From assembly GCA_016210045.1 (NCBI GenBank), contig JACQUX010000041.1, forward strand, positions 72,789-136,788: a DNA stretch of 64,000 nucleotides. Direction: 5' to 3'. A program made the translations under genes and the position numbers. Positions 28,883 to 39,315 of this stretch are shown here, piece after piece (position 1 is the first letter of the stretch; each line of letters opens with the position of its first letter). Source of the stretch: Deltaproteobacteria bacterium (GTDB lineage: Bacteria; UBA10199; GCA-002796325; JACPFF01). Under the pieces are notes generated by a model. It worked only from the letters and a program-made list of their open reading frames with translations, searched no databases and was not told the origin of the DNA.

Positions 28883-29145
28883 ACCAGTTTTTTTTATGGG
28901 TGGTGCGGGGCTATCAGCTCGCCATCAGTCCGCTATGTCGGCTGCTCGGCGCGCAATGCCGTTTTTATCCGAGTTGCAGCCAGTATGCCTGCGACGCGCT
29001 CCGACAGCTGCCGTGGGCCACGGCACTGCGCTTCATCGGGTGGCGACTGTTGCGCTGCCATCCCTGGTGCGAAGGAGGCATTGATCTTGTCCCCGCGCGC
29101 CGAATATGCAAAAGCGTCTCTACCGAGGTGAGCAATGAAATCTGA
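28879..29145 (+). CDS. yidD: membrane protein insertion efficiency factor YidD
   Basis: MNQFFLWVVRGYQLAISPLCR…CRFYPSCSQYA is the YidD signature. The start overlaps the rnpA stop and the end overlaps the yidC start. Confidence 0.85.
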   Translation: MNQFFLWVVRGYQLAISPLCRLLGAQCRFYPSCSQYACDALRQLPWATALRFIGWRLLRCHPWCEGGIDLVPARRICKSVSTEVSNEI

Positions 29146-30790
29146 ATCGCGACTCTTATTGGCCACGGCCCTCAGTATGGCGGTCTTTTCCGGATGGTTC
29201 TTGCTCTTTCCTCCGCAATCGCCTCCTGCCACGCCCGCTGCAACCGACGCGAGCGCGCCCGCCAATCCAGCCGTCGATGCTGCGGGCAATGCCGTTGTCC
29301 CGACAACACCAGCAGCGGTCTCGACCATTAACGATCCGCAGGCCACGCTGTCCGCGGAGACGGTCACGATGCAGACTGGCGTTGCGGAAATCACGCTCAC
29401 CAACGATGGCGCTGTCCCCTCGCGTTGGGCGTTGCAGCAATATCAGCAAGGGAAACAAGATGAAGCGACGTCGGTAGACCTCGTCACCGCCCCCACGGCG
29501 CCGCCTCTTGGTGTGGAATTAGTCGGTCTCGACGGCCTGCTTCCGCCGCAAGCGCGCTATGCCGTGGAACGCCTCGATGCCCAGAACGTCCGCTTCCGCT
29601 GGCGTTCCGAACAGCTCGAGGTCGTCAAGACGTACCACTTCCAACCCGGTGTCTACTCATTGGGACTGGATGTGGAACTGATCAATCACGGTACGGCGCC
29701 GCTGCAAGGCCGACTCGGAGTCCGCTGGATGGCCGCGAACTCTGATCAACAAAAACCGAGCGGATTACTCGCGTTCATCAAACCGCCGACCGATCATTGG
29801 CAGCCGCTTTATTGGAAGGCCGGCTCCGTCACCCGCCTCACCGACCCGAAAGACTTAGCCGCCGGCGTCAGCGACGACGGCGCCATCGGGTGGGCCGGCG
29901 TCGAAAGCCGCTATTTCCTCGCCGCGATTGTCCCGCATGCCACCACGACCCAAACCCATTTCCAGGGCACCGCTGCTGCCCCGCTGCTCGGCGTCTCGAT
30001 CGCGACCACCCCATTTGCGATTCCCGCCGGCACGAGCACGCGGCAGAATTTCACCATTTATGTCGGCCCGAAGGACCTGAAGGCACTGAAGGTCGTCGGC
30101 AATGGCCTCGACGCCGCAATCGACTACGGATGGTTCGGCTTTGCCGCCGTCCCGATCCTCTATCTCCTGAAGTTTTTCTACTCGATCATCCATAACTATG
30201 GCGTGGCCATCATTCTCCTTACGCTCTTCATCAAGGCGCTGCTCCATCCGATCACTAAGGCCTCATTGGCCTCGATGCGGCGGATGCAACTCTTGCAACC
30301 GCAACTGAAAGCCATTCAAGAGAAGTACAAAGGAGACCGTGAACGTTTGAACGCGGAAATGATGCAACTCTTCCGCAGCAACAAGGTCAACCCGATGGCC
30401 GGCTGTCTCCCCATGCTTGCCCAAATCCCGATCTACATCGCCCTTTATAAAGTGCTCTGGAACGCCGTAGAACTCTATCGCGCGCCGTTCGTCTGGTTTT
30501 ATCGCGACCTCTCCGCCCCGGACCCCTATTTTATTTCCCCCGCGCTGCTCGCCGTTGGATTCTATCTCCAGCAAAAATTGACCCCAAACCCCAGCGGCGA
30601 CAAGGCCCAGCAGAAAATGATGCAAATGATGACCTTCCTCTTCGCCGGCTTCATGCTGTTCCTCCCCAGCGGCCTAGTCATCTACATCCTCGTCAACACC
30701 GGCTTCAGCATCCTCCAACAATGGCTAATGAATCGCGGCCTAGGCTTCCGCGACCTACTCCGCGGGAATCTGCGGCCGAAGGCGGCATGA
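29135..30790 (+). CDS. yidC: membrane protein insertase YidC
   Basis: N-terminal TM segment, a large periplasmic domain, then the conserved C-terminal 5-TM core (…HNYGVAIILLTLFIKALLHPIT…). 551 aa. Confidence 0.9.
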   Translation: MKSESRLLLATALSMAVFSGWFLLFPPQSPPATPAATDASAPANPAVDAAGNAVVPTTPAAVSTINDPQATLSAETVTMQTGVAEITLTNDGAVPSRWALQQYQQGKQDEATSVDLVTAPTAPPLGVELVGLDGLLPPQARYAVERLDAQNVRFRWRSEQLEVVKTYHFQPGVYSLGLDVELINHGTAPLQGRLGVRWMAANSDQQKPSGLLAFIKPPTDHWQPLYWKAGSVTRLTDPKDLAAGVSDDGAIGWAGVESRYFLAAIVPHATTTQTHFQGTAAAPLLGVSIATTPFAIPAGTSTRQNFTIYVGPKDLKALKVVGNGLDAAIDYGWFGFAAVPILYLLKFFYSIIHNYGVAIILLTLFIKALLHPITKASLASMRRMQLLQPQLKAIQEKYKGDRERLNAEMMQLFRSNKVNPMAGCLPMLAQIPIYIALYKVLWNAVELYRAPFVWFYRDLSAPDPYFISPALLAVGFYLQQKLTPNPSGDKAQQKMMQMMTFLFAGFMLFLPSGLVIYILVNTGFSILQQWLMNRGLGFRDLLRGNLRPKAA

Positions 30791-30991
30791 CGTTTTGGGA
30801 CACGATTGAGTCCAACGGCAATTCAGTGACTTCCTATCGTCTGTATCTGGGGAATTGTTACTCCGTCTGCTGAATTGATTTCCAAGGGGGGAACCGCCGG
30901 GGCTTGCCGTGTTGGAGGTCCTCGTTTGATTTATTCCCGGCGCCGCCGTCGAGCGGAGTGCATCTGCCATGTGGCGGGATGGACGTGAGTT

Positions 30992-31456
30992 CTAACCGGA
31001 TTGGATGACCTCGCATTCCAATTGGTGGAGATCGGCTGTTGCTGTGGGTAATTCACAGGAAATTGTGATCCCTGCACAATCTTCGCGTTCCGAAGGACTG
31101 CCATCTTCTCCACACGACCCCGGAGCGATATCCATTGCGCTCCAGGTCCATTGTTGCCCCTTCCTTGTTCCGGGGTTGGTCACTTTATAGACGGACTTCG
31201 GGGTTGATCGCAATGCATGGAAGATCTTTGGATCACGCAGGAAAATCATCTCCACCTCCGTATTCATCGGGGCTGATCGGCGGAGTTCGTCTTCGCGTTT
31301 TTGCAGACGGGTAACACACTCGGCATGTTCCGGCTTGATCGTCACTTCTTGTGAGGACCCCGGTTTGTACCAACCGCCATCGCCGTGAAAAAGGGTTGTC
31401 AATTCAGGAGAGGTAAATGGACGACCTGCCAACGCATAGGGCACATTTTTTATCAA
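30992..31456 (-). CDS. hypothetical protein in lower-GC pocket
   Basis: 154-aa ORF in an ~850-bp stretch whose GC is visibly below the surrounding genes. No recognisable motif. It is uncertain that this is a real coding region. Confidence 0.3.
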   Translation of the reverse strand: MIKNVPYALAGRPFTSPELTTLFHGDGGWYKPGSSQEVTIKPEHAECVTRLQKREDELRRSAPMNTEVEMIFLRDPKIFHALRSTPKSVYKVTNPGTRKGQQWTWSAMDIAPGSCGEDGSPSEREDCAGITISCELPTATADLHQLECEVIQSG

Positions 31457-31647
31457 TGCGCTCTTTCCGCGTTTTCCATTCGGCTTCGGTCATTCATTAC
31501 GTCCTTTGCGTGACAATATTTTGAGGTGCGCAACCGTATAGTTTTACGGGAGAAAGCTCAATCGGTGATTCCAAGATTCAACTTGTGAGTTAAGTCCCTA
31601 CTGATTGGTGTGAGGGATGGCCCGCAAAAAACCTCAGCCAGCAGAAT

Positions 31648-32706
31648 TTACTGCAACAACGTGGTTTGCACTGCGGTGGCGGGGGTGAAGATTTTTTGTT
31701 GGTAGGGTTTGGTAGTTGAGGAAGAAGTCGTCGTGTCGGTGCCGCGGGCGAAATAGAGCATCGCGGCGGTTGTGGCGTTGTTAAACCAGCGTTCGGAAAA
31801 GTTTTGGTAGGCCACACTTAAAACCAGGCCTTCGCCCGATTGGAACGGAACGCCGGCCGGATCGGCGTATTGCGGGAGTTCGGTCACTTGGTGTTGCGCA
31901 TTAATCACGGCCGCGGCTTTCCAGAACGGGGCTGCTTCGCTTTCTTTGGTCAACGCCACTTCCACGCCGAAATCTTGTAACAGCCCCTGCGCCGCCACCA
32001 AATGGCCGGCCGTCGGCACCGCGACGCGCGTTTGCTTCGTGACGTAGCCGCCCGGCTCTACGGCCAACGGCTGATGGCCACATGGATCGGTCTCGATCAG
32101 TAGTGGTTGTACATCTTGCATGACTTGTTTGGTGTCCATCGGTTCGCCGCGGACCGTGAAGCGGAAATAGACTTCAGAATAATCTTCATCGGTGGGATTC
32201 CGTAACCATACTGTGGTTTCGAGGCGATCAGTGGGGACGATCGCGTAGCCGTAGCCCGCCGGCAACGTGATTTTCTGATGTGCGGATGTTGTGGCCGCAA
32301 TCGGGAGCCCGGTGCGTTCGCCGGAGCAAAGGGGATTGGACTCGCCGTGATTCGCGACAATCGCGAGGTGCAGCAGAGATGCCGGCAACGCGTTGCCGTT
32401 CCGATCTTCGAGCTCCGGTTCAAATGCGGTCATCCACAACGGCTCTTCGATTGCAAACGCAATGCTGCCTGGTTGATCGGCGAGGCGTTCCGGAGCGGAT
32501 TGCGCGGGAAGCTTGAACGGACCGACGCGATACGTGTAACTGCGAAGGCCCGCACTGACTGGTATTGGCGACGTCGGGGTTGTTTCAATGGCGGGCGGGA
32601 GGCTGGCGGTCACTGGCTGCAGAGTTGGTGCATTCGCTCCTTGCGAACAGGCCACGAGCGAGATACCTACCCAGCCGATCAAGGAACTATGGAGAATTCG
32701 CTTCAC
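31648..32706 (-). CDS. hypothetical lipoprotein (352 aa)
   Basis: Signal peptide plus lipobox (ISLVAC), followed by a Pro/Thr-rich linker. Confidence 0.55.
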   Translation of the reverse strand: MKRILHSSLIGWVGISLVACSQGANAPTLQPVTASLPPAIETTPTSPIPVSAGLRSYTYRVGPFKLPAQSAPERLADQPGSIAFAIEEPLWMTAFEPELEDRNGNALPASLLHLAIVANHGESNPLCSGERTGLPIAATTSAHQKITLPAGYGYAIVPTDRLETTVWLRNPTDEDYSEVYFRFTVRGEPMDTKQVMQDVQPLLIETDPCGHQPLAVEPGGYVTKQTRVAVPTAGHLVAAQGLLQDFGVEVALTKESEAAPFWKAAAVINAQHQVTELPQYADPAGVPFQSGEGLVLSVAYQNFSERWFNNATTAAMLYFARGTDTTTSSSTTKPYQQKIFTPATAVQTTLLQ

Positions 32707-32867
32707 GGTTGCGCACCTTAACGGTAATTTTCATAAAGAAAATACGCAGTGCAGCGCAAATGCGTAACGCGGAGCGTTAGTGGGGCGAGTGGTGTGTAAC
32801 AATATGTTATTATTGTGTATTACTGAGTGGTTGAATTAGCGATATTCGGGCCGCGCCAACATTAAAT

Positions 32868-34289
32868 ATGCATCACACCGCGATCCCCTATCTGAAGGAC
32901 ACCATTGTCGCCGTTGCCACCCCGTCCGGAGTTGGCGCTATCGGCATTATTCGACTGAGTGGAGAAGGTGCGCTTCAGATCCTCCGCACGCTGTGGATGA
33001 ATTCGGGTCAAACTGTTGATAATTTTGAATCCCATCGAATTTACATGGGAAATGTGATCGATTTCTCCACAGGGTCGCTGCTGGATCAAGTCCTGGCGCT
33101 CTGGTTTCAGTCGCCGCGTTCCTACACCGGAGAGGATGTGGTCGAAATCCACGCCCATGGCAATCCGCTGATCCTCGAACAAATTGTAGCCAGTTGCGTT
33201 GCCGCTGGGGCGCGGTTGGCAGAGCCTGGTGAATTTACCCGTCGGGCCTACTTGAATGGACGGATCGATTTGACGCAGGCGGAGGCCGTGGCCGACGTGA
33301 TCGCCGCTTCGAGTGCCGAGAGTGTCCGCCATGCCCAAGAGCAACTCAGTGGGCGACTGTCTCGGGTCTTGGGGAAGATTGCGTCAAATGTACTGGAGCT
33401 GCGCGCGCAAGTAGAAGCGAGTCTGGATTTTCCGGAAGAGGATCTTGAACTGTTGCGGCAGCAACAAATCGCGGAGCGCGTGACGGCGCTCGCTGGCGAG
33501 TTGGAGCAATTAGCCGCCACTTACCATGAGGGCCGTCTGTATCGCGAAGGAGCGCGTGTGGTGTTAGTTGGCCCGACGAATGCGGGAAAATCATCCCTCC
33601 TTAACGCGTTATTGGGCGAGACACGTGCGTTAGTGCACGCCACTGCCGGCACGACGCGCGACAGTTTGGAAGAGCCGGTGGTGTGGGAGGGCATTCCGAT
33701 TCGTTTGACCGATACGGCGGGCCTGCGTCCGTTGCCGGCAGCGGACACGGCAGGGGGCCACGAACAGATCGAGGCGTTAGGCATGCTCCGAACTCGTGCG
33801 TTGTTGGAACAGGCCGAACTCCGACTGTTGGTCTTAGATGGCAGTGCGCCGCTGACCGACGATGTTCGGGAGCTTGCTGCACAGCTTGGCACGGAGCGCT
33901 TGCTGGTGTGGTGTAATAAAAGTGATTTGCCGACGCAGCTGACGGCAGAAGCGTTAGCGGCGCTCTTTCCGCACCGAGTGCTTGACGGCTCCGCGCTGAC
34001 GGGCGATGGGCTGGCGACGTTACAAGCGGCCGTGACGCAGGAGCTCCGCGGCAGCACGGCGGGTGAGGCCCATGGGGTCTGGCTGACCACGCGACGGCAT
34101 AAAATTGCGGTTGACCGAGCGCTCGCATCTCTCTACGAAGCCAAAACCACGCTGGTCAGCGGGCGGTCCACGGAATTGATTGCCGAACATCTCCGGCTGG
34201 CCGCCGAGCAAATGGACGCGATCGTTGGCCGTGGCTCGCAGGATGAACTGCTGGAAGCGATTTTCAGCCGTTTTTGTATCGGAAAATAA
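32868..34289 (+). CDS. mnmE: tRNA modification GTPase MnmE
   Basis: N-terminal THF-binding domain. The G-domain is [15 protein letters not shown]…DTAG…. The C-terminal CIGK tetrapeptide is present (…SRFCIGK). Confidence 0.9.
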   Translation: MHHTAIPYLKDTIVAVATPSGVGAIGIIRLSGEGALQILRTLWMNSGQTVDNFESHRIYMGNVIDFSTGSLLDQVLALWFQSPRSYTGEDVVEIHAHGNPLILEQIVASCVAAGARLAEPGEFTRRAYLNGRIDLTQAEAVADVIAASSAESVRHAQEQLSGRLSRVLGKIASNVLELRAQVEASLDFPEEDLELLRQQQIAERVTALAGELEQLAATYHEGRLYREGARVVLVGPTNAGKSSLLNALLGETRALVHATAGTTRDSLEEPVVWEGIPIRLTDTAGLRPLPAADTAGGHEQIEALGMLRTRALLEQAELRLLVLDGSAPLTDDVRELAAQLGTERLLVWCNKSDLPTQLTAEALAALFPHRVLDGSALTGDGLATLQAAVTQELRGSTAGEAHGVWLTTRRHKIAVDRALASLYEAKTTLVSGRSTELIAEHLRLAAEQMDAIVGRGSQDELLEAIFSRFCIGK

Positions 34290-34324
34290 TGGGTGTGCGT
34301 TTCGCACCAAGGAATGCGTGTCAG

Positions 34325-36193
34325 ATGGATGGACAGTACGACATCATCGTCGTGGGAGGTGGCCATGCCGGCTGTGAGGCCGTATTGGCGGCCGCACGGA
34401 TGGGGTGTTCGACGCTGCTGTTGACGCAGAATCTCGACACCATCGGACACATGAGCTGCAACCCGGCGATTGGCGGGCTGGCGAAGGGACACTTGGTGCG
34501 CGAGATCGACGCGCTCGGCGGAGAAATGGGGCGCAACGCCGATCACGCCGGGATCCAGTTTCGCTGTCTCAACCGCAGCAAAGGGCCTGCGGTCTGGGCC
34601 ACGCGCGCGCAATGCGATCGCTTCCATTACAAGGCTCGGATGAAATCGGTGCTCGAAGACACCGCGAACTTGCACATAAAGCAGGCGTCGGTCGAAGACT
34701 TGGTCATTGAATCCGGCCGAGTGTGTGGTGTGCAAACGCATTTCGGACAACGATATGCGGCGCGTGCGGTGATCTTGACGACCGGGACGTTTCTGAACGG
34801 ATTGTTGCATTACGGCGAACGAACCATTGATGGAGGTCGGGCCGGAGACGCCGTCGCGCGTGGCATTTCTAATACCTTACTACAGGCGGGTTTCCGCTTA
34901 GGCCGATTGAAGACCGGCACGGTCCCGCGCGTTGACGGGCGGACGATCGATTTTGGGAATTTGGAAATTCAACACAGTGATACGCCGTTGCCTGCGTTCT
35001 CATTTTTTTCCGACGACCATCCGCTGCCGCAACGGCCGTGTCATATCACGTATACGAACGAGCAGACGCACGACGTGATCCGCGCCAATCTGCATCGCTC
35101 GCCGATGTATTCCGGCCAAATTCAAGGGATCGGGCCGCGTTATTGTCCGTCGATTGAAGATAAAGTGGTGCGATTTGCCGACAAGACGCGGCACCAAATC
35201 TTTCTCGAGCCGGAAGGTCTGGAGACACGCGAAATTTATGTAAATGGGGTTTCCACGTCGCTTCCCATCGATGTGCAATTGGCGCTGCTTCGCACAGTGC
35301 CTGGCCTGGAGCGCGTGGAGATCATGCGCCCGGGGTACGCCGTGGAATACGATTTTATCGATCCGCAACAACTGCATCCGACGTTGGAAACAAAATTCGT
35401 GCACGGGCTGTTCCACGCGGGACAGATTAATGGAACCTCCGGCTATGAAGAAGCGGCCGCGCAAGGGCTGATCGCCGCCATCAACACGGTGCTGCAACTG
35501 CGAGGTGAAGCTTCGTTGGTGTTGGATCGCAGTCAAGCCTACTTGGCGGTCATGATCGATGACTTAGTGACCAAAGGGACCGAAGAGCCGTATCGGATGT
35601 TTACGTCGCGCGCCGAACATCGCTTGTTGTTGCGGGAAGGGAATGCCGATCGCCGACTCTGTGAGATCGGGCGACGCATCGGGCTACTCGGCGAGTCTGA
35701 GTATCAGCGGTATCGGCAGAAGGCCGTACAGATCGAACAGCTATTGGCAGTGTGCCAGGAAACCATGCTGTCGCCGCAGCCGAGCGTGAACGATCAATTG
35801 GCAAATTTCGGCAGTGTACCGATAAAAAAGTCGACCCGTTTGGCGGATCTGTTGCGCCGAGACGATTGTCGACTGTGCGAACTTCTCCGCGCGTTCACGG
35901 CGATCGATCCGGCCGCGTTTTCTGAAATCGCGTTGGCTGAGGCCGAAACAGAGCTGCGCTATGCGGGATATGTGGAATTGCAGGATGCGGCCGTGCGTCG
36001 TTTAAAAGAAGTAGAAATGGTGACGATCCCCGCCGATTTTTCCTATGCCGATATTCCCGGTCTCTCGACTGAGATTCATCAAAAATTGACGCGCATTCAG
36101 CCCCGAACCTTGGGGCAAGCGGCGCGCATTTCCGGCATGACGCCGGCCGCACTGTCGATCTTGTTGGTCTATTTAAAAGCGCGCGCCGCTTGA
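34325..36193 (+). CDS. mnmG: tRNA uridine 5-carboxymethylaminomethyl modification enzyme MnmG
   Basis: FAD-binding N-terminus ([22 protein letters not shown]) and a 623-aa GidA-family body. The start is placed at MDGQYD. Confidence 0.9.
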   Translation: MDGQYDIIVVGGGHAGCEAVLAAARMGCSTLLLTQNLDTIGHMSCNPAIGGLAKGHLVREIDALGGEMGRNADHAGIQFRCLNRSKGPAVWATRAQCDRFHYKARMKSVLEDTANLHIKQASVEDLVIESGRVCGVQTHFGQRYAARAVILTTGTFLNGLLHYGERTIDGGRAGDAVARGISNTLLQAGFRLGRLKTGTVPRVDGRTIDFGNLEIQHSDTPLPAFSFFSDDHPLPQRPCHITYTNEQTHDVIRANLHRSPMYSGQIQGIGPRYCPSIEDKVVRFADKTRHQIFLEPEGLETREIYVNGVSTSLPIDVQLALLRTVPGLERVEIMRPGYAVEYDFIDPQQLHPTLETKFVHGLFHAGQINGTSGYEEAAAQGLIAAINTVLQLRGEASLVLDRSQAYLAVMIDDLVTKGTEEPYRMFTSRAEHRLLLREGNADRRLCEIGRRIGLLGESEYQRYRQKAVQIEQLLAVCQETMLSPQPSVNDQLANFGSVPIKKSTRLADLLRRDDCRLCELLRAFTAIDPAAFSEIALAEAETELRYAGYVELQDAAVRRLKEVEMVTIPADFSYADIPGLSTEIHQKLTRIQPRTLGQAARISGMTPAALSILLVYLKARAA

Positions 36194-36207
36194 ACGAGCA
36201 GTCGACG

Positions 36208-37461
36208 TTACTGCAATCCCACCCACAGCGCCGTGCAAGTCAAATTGACTAACGCCAGCGGGAGCATCACGCGCCAGCCGAGACGCATCAGTTGGTCGTA
36301 GCGGAAGCGCGGCAGCGTCCAACGGATCTGGATGAAGAACCAACAGCAGAACGTCATTTTGGCCAACACCACACCCACTTGCAGCGCGGCGACCAAGACT
36401 GATGGCCACGGCGCGTTCCAAGACCAATTTGCAGGAAAGAGAAAGAATCCAATGAGTGCGACGGCCCCCAGCCCGATCGAGGGGATGCCGAAGACGACGA
36501 CTTCGAAGTCGCGCAAATCGCCGTAGCGTCCACGTCGGAAGCGACTACAGAGATAGGTGCCGAAGAGCACGGCGCAGAGACCGAGGGGGAGCAATAACCA
36601 GCGGAGCGTCAATGTGGGATGCAGCCGGACCCATTGCCAATCGAGTCCCGGCAGATGCCAGCCGCCGAAGAACAGCGTGGCGAGGAGTGCCGAGGCGACG
36701 GCGATATGGGCATATTCGGCCATGAAGAAGAGCGCGAATTTCATGCTACTGTATTCGGTATGGAAACCGGCGACGAGTTCCGATTCGCCTTCGGGCAAGT
36801 CGAATGGATTGCGGTTGGTTTCCGCAAACAGGGCGGTCAGAAAGAGGAGGAACGCCACTGGTTGGTTTACGGCGAACCAATGATGCAATGCTCCCGCCTG
36901 CATGGCGACGATCTCCGGAATGCGCGCCGTCCCTGCGGCCAGCAGCACACTGACCAGCGCCAAACCCATCGCCAATTCGTAACTGATCATTTGCGCCGAA
37001 GAACGCATGCCGCCGAGCAGCGAATAGTTATTATAGGAAGACCACCCCGCCAACATGACGCCGTAGACGCCAATTGAACCGACGGCCAAGATGTACAACA
37101 GTCCGACGTTTAAGTCCGCGACCTGCAGCCGCAACGTGTAGTCACCCAATTGCAACGGTTCGCCGAATGGGACCACGCCGATCGTGACACTGGCCACAAA
37201 GATTGCGATGAGTGGGGCGAGGCAGAAAAAAAATCGATTCGCGCGTGCAGGCAGGATGTCTTCTTTGGTCAGGAGTTTGATGACGTCGGCGATGTTGTGC
37301 AGCATGCCGCCCAGACGGATTCCGAGGATAGCCGCGCGATTCGGGCCGCGCCGATCTTGGATATAGGCGGAGCCTTTCCGCTCGAACCAGATCAAGAGAG
37401 GAATAAAGGTCAAGACGACGGAGACGATGAAAATCGGTTTAATAATTTCGACCCAGAGCAT
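36208..37461 (-). CDS. nuoH: NADH-quinone oxidoreductase subunit H
   Basis: 8-TM ND1 homologue (…RRGPNRAAILGIRLGGMLHNIADVIKLLTKED…). The start is placed at MLWVEIIKPIF. Confidence 0.9.
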   Translation of the reverse strand: MLWVEIIKPIFIVSVVLTFIPLLIWFERKGSAYIQDRRGPNRAAILGIRLGGMLHNIADVIKLLTKEDILPARANRFFFCLAPLIAIFVASVTIGVVPFGEPLQLGDYTLRLQVADLNVGLLYILAVGSIGVYGVMLAGWSSYNNYSLLGGMRSSAQMISYELAMGLALVSVLLAAGTARIPEIVAMQAGALHHWFAVNQPVAFLLFLTALFAETNRNPFDLPEGESELVAGFHTEYSSMKFALFFMAEYAHIAVASALLATLFFGGWHLPGLDWQWVRLHPTLTLRWLLLPLGLCAVLFGTYLCSRFRRGRYGDLRDFEVVVFGIPSIGLGAVALIGFFLFPANWSWNAPWPSVLVAALQVGVVLAKMTFCCWFFIQIRWTLPRFRYDQLMRLGWRVMLPLALVNLTCTALWVGLQ

Positions 37462-37484
37462 ACTAAGACTCCTGACGTCCGCAC

Positions 37485-39164
37485 TTACGCACTGACGCAC
37501 TGACGCACGGCCGTGCCGTTCAACAGCGTGCCGAACTCTCCCACCTGCTCCCACGTGATGCCTTGAAAACTCGGCACGGTCTCACCGATGGCCGCCAAGA
37601 TCGCTGCGGCGTCTTCCCATGGCAATGGCCGCCCTTCCAATGTGGCCACGTGTTGTGCCACCGCCCAGGCGGGCCGTGCTTCCGCCTGTGACGGCATCGC
37701 GCGTTCGAACCGCTGCACCCGCCCCTTCACATTCACAAACGTGCCGCACTGCTCCGCGACCGTCGCTAACGGCAACACGAAATCCGCCCACGGATACGGG
37801 TCCGGTGTGGGAGCCTCCAACGTATCCGTCTTTAATGTGTCCAATCGATCCGCCGCGCCACCCTGTTCGATCACGGCGTCGACGTTTGTCAGCGGTCGCC
37901 ATCGCACGGCATCCGGATGCACGCCCCAATTGGTAGTCAGCAAGACGACGCATGCCGGCCGCGTCTGCTGCACGGCTGCGATTTCCTCCGGTGTGAGCGC
38001 ATCGAGCACGAACAGTACTCGTGCGCCACCGGCATAACGTTCATGGATTCCAAATTCTGAGAGCGCGCGGGCGTTCGGATTTTTGTCGCAGTGACGCAGA
38101 ATTTGATCTTCACTTGGATTCGGATATTCGCGCCGTGTGGCAAACAGCCGCGCGCCCGCCCAGGTTTCCCGCACTAATCGGGTCCATGCAAAGTTCTCTT
38201 CGTTCGAACATTGCGCCGAAAGCACGACCGCGCGCTCCGCAACCGACACCTGCGCCAATATCGTGCGCAGCTGTGCCAACACGGTGTCCCATGATGCGCG
38301 TGTCCATTGTCGGTTTTCCGGCGAGCGTGCAAATGGTGTGACTACGCGATCGGGAGCGTTAATATATTTGTACGTCAGCCGGCCCTCGTCACACATCCAG
38401 CACTCATTGACGTCGTTGTTTTCGCGCGGTCGATACCGATACGCCACACCCCGTTCTTGATCGAGCCAAACGTTACATCCGGTGGAGCATCCGGTGCAAA
38501 GCGATGGAGTTTTGGAAAGGAACCAAACGCGCTTGCCGAAACGAAAATCGCGACTGGTGAGTGCGCCGACCGGGCAGATGTCGACCGTGTTCAACGAATA
38601 GGCGTTTTTCATCCCTTCCGTACCATACGTGACGATGGTGGAACGGTCGCCGCGCTCCGAGAGCGCGATTTCATGGGCCTTCGGCACTTCGTCGCAAAAG
38701 CGGACGCAACGCGTACACAAAATACAGCGCTCGTCGTCGAGCACGACAAGCGGCCCCAACGGCACCGCTTTCGGTTTTTGGACTTTTTGCTCGCGGAATC
38801 GATACGGCACGGCGGAATGATCGAAGTATTGATCTTGCAACTTGCATTCGCCGGCTTGGTCACAGATCGGACAATCGAGTGGATGGTTGATTAGAATGAA
38901 TTCGAGCACCGATTTGCGCGCTTCCAGCACGACTGGGGAATCCGTTTTGATTTCCATGCCCTCTTGCACCGGGCAGTTGCATGAGATCTCCAATTTCGGA
39001 CGGCCGACCACTTCGACCAGGCACATGCGGCAATTTCCAGCGATCGAGAGTTTGTGATGATAGCAAAAATACGGGATCTTAATTCCCTGCTCCAGACAGA
39101 CTTGCAGGACCGTCTTGCCAGCCGGCACGTCATATCCCTGACCGTTAATCGTGATTTTTGGCAT
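37485..39164 (-). CDS. nuoG: NADH-quinone oxidoreductase subunit G (short form, 559 aa)
   Basis: 2Fe-2S and 4Fe-4S cysteine clusters (CYHHKLSIAGNCRMCLVEV…; HPLDCPICDQAGECKLQ; CILCTRCVRFC). It is shorter than the 700-900-aa proteobacterial NuoG. Confidence 0.85.
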   Translation of the reverse strand: MPKITINGQGYDVPAGKTVLQVCLEQGIKIPYFCYHHKLSIAGNCRMCLVEVVGRPKLEISCNCPVQEGMEIKTDSPVVLEARKSVLEFILINHPLDCPICDQAGECKLQDQYFDHSAVPYRFREQKVQKPKAVPLGPLVVLDDERCILCTRCVRFCDEVPKAHEIALSERGDRSTIVTYGTEGMKNAYSLNTVDICPVGALTSRDFRFGKRVWFLSKTPSLCTGCSTGCNVWLDQERGVAYRYRPRENNDVNECWMCDEGRLTYKYINAPDRVVTPFARSPENRQWTRASWDTVLAQLRTILAQVSVAERAVVLSAQCSNEENFAWTRLVRETWAGARLFATRREYPNPSEDQILRHCDKNPNARALSEFGIHERYAGGARVLFVLDALTPEEIAAVQQTRPACVVLLTTNWGVHPDAVRWRPLTNVDAVIEQGGAADRLDTLKTDTLEAPTPDPYPWADFVLPLATVAEQCGTFVNVKGRVQRFERAMPSQAEARPAWAVAQHVATLEGRPLPWEDAAAILAAIGETVPSFQGITWEQVGEFGTLLNGTAVRQCVSA

Positions 39165-39186
39165 GCAATTAACTCACTTCCATAGT

Positions 39187-39299
39187 CTCCCTCTCCCGTT
39201 GGGGAGAGGGACGGGGTGAGGGGGAGAATCATGCGTCTGACGACTCCCCCTCACTCCGTCCGCCTGCGGCGAACTTCCCTCTCCCCAACGGGAGAGGGA
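39187..39299. repeat. structured palindromic intergenic repeat, copy 2 (full length) in nuoG-nuoF spacer
   Basis: TCCCTCTCCC-GTT-GGGGAGAGGG, GGTGAGGGGGAG, 18-nt spacer, CTCCCCCTCAC, then …CCCTCTCCCC-AAC-GGGAGAGGGA. The layout is co-linear with copy 1. Confidence 0.65.
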
Positions 39300-39315
39300 G
39301 GTCAAGGAACAAAAA

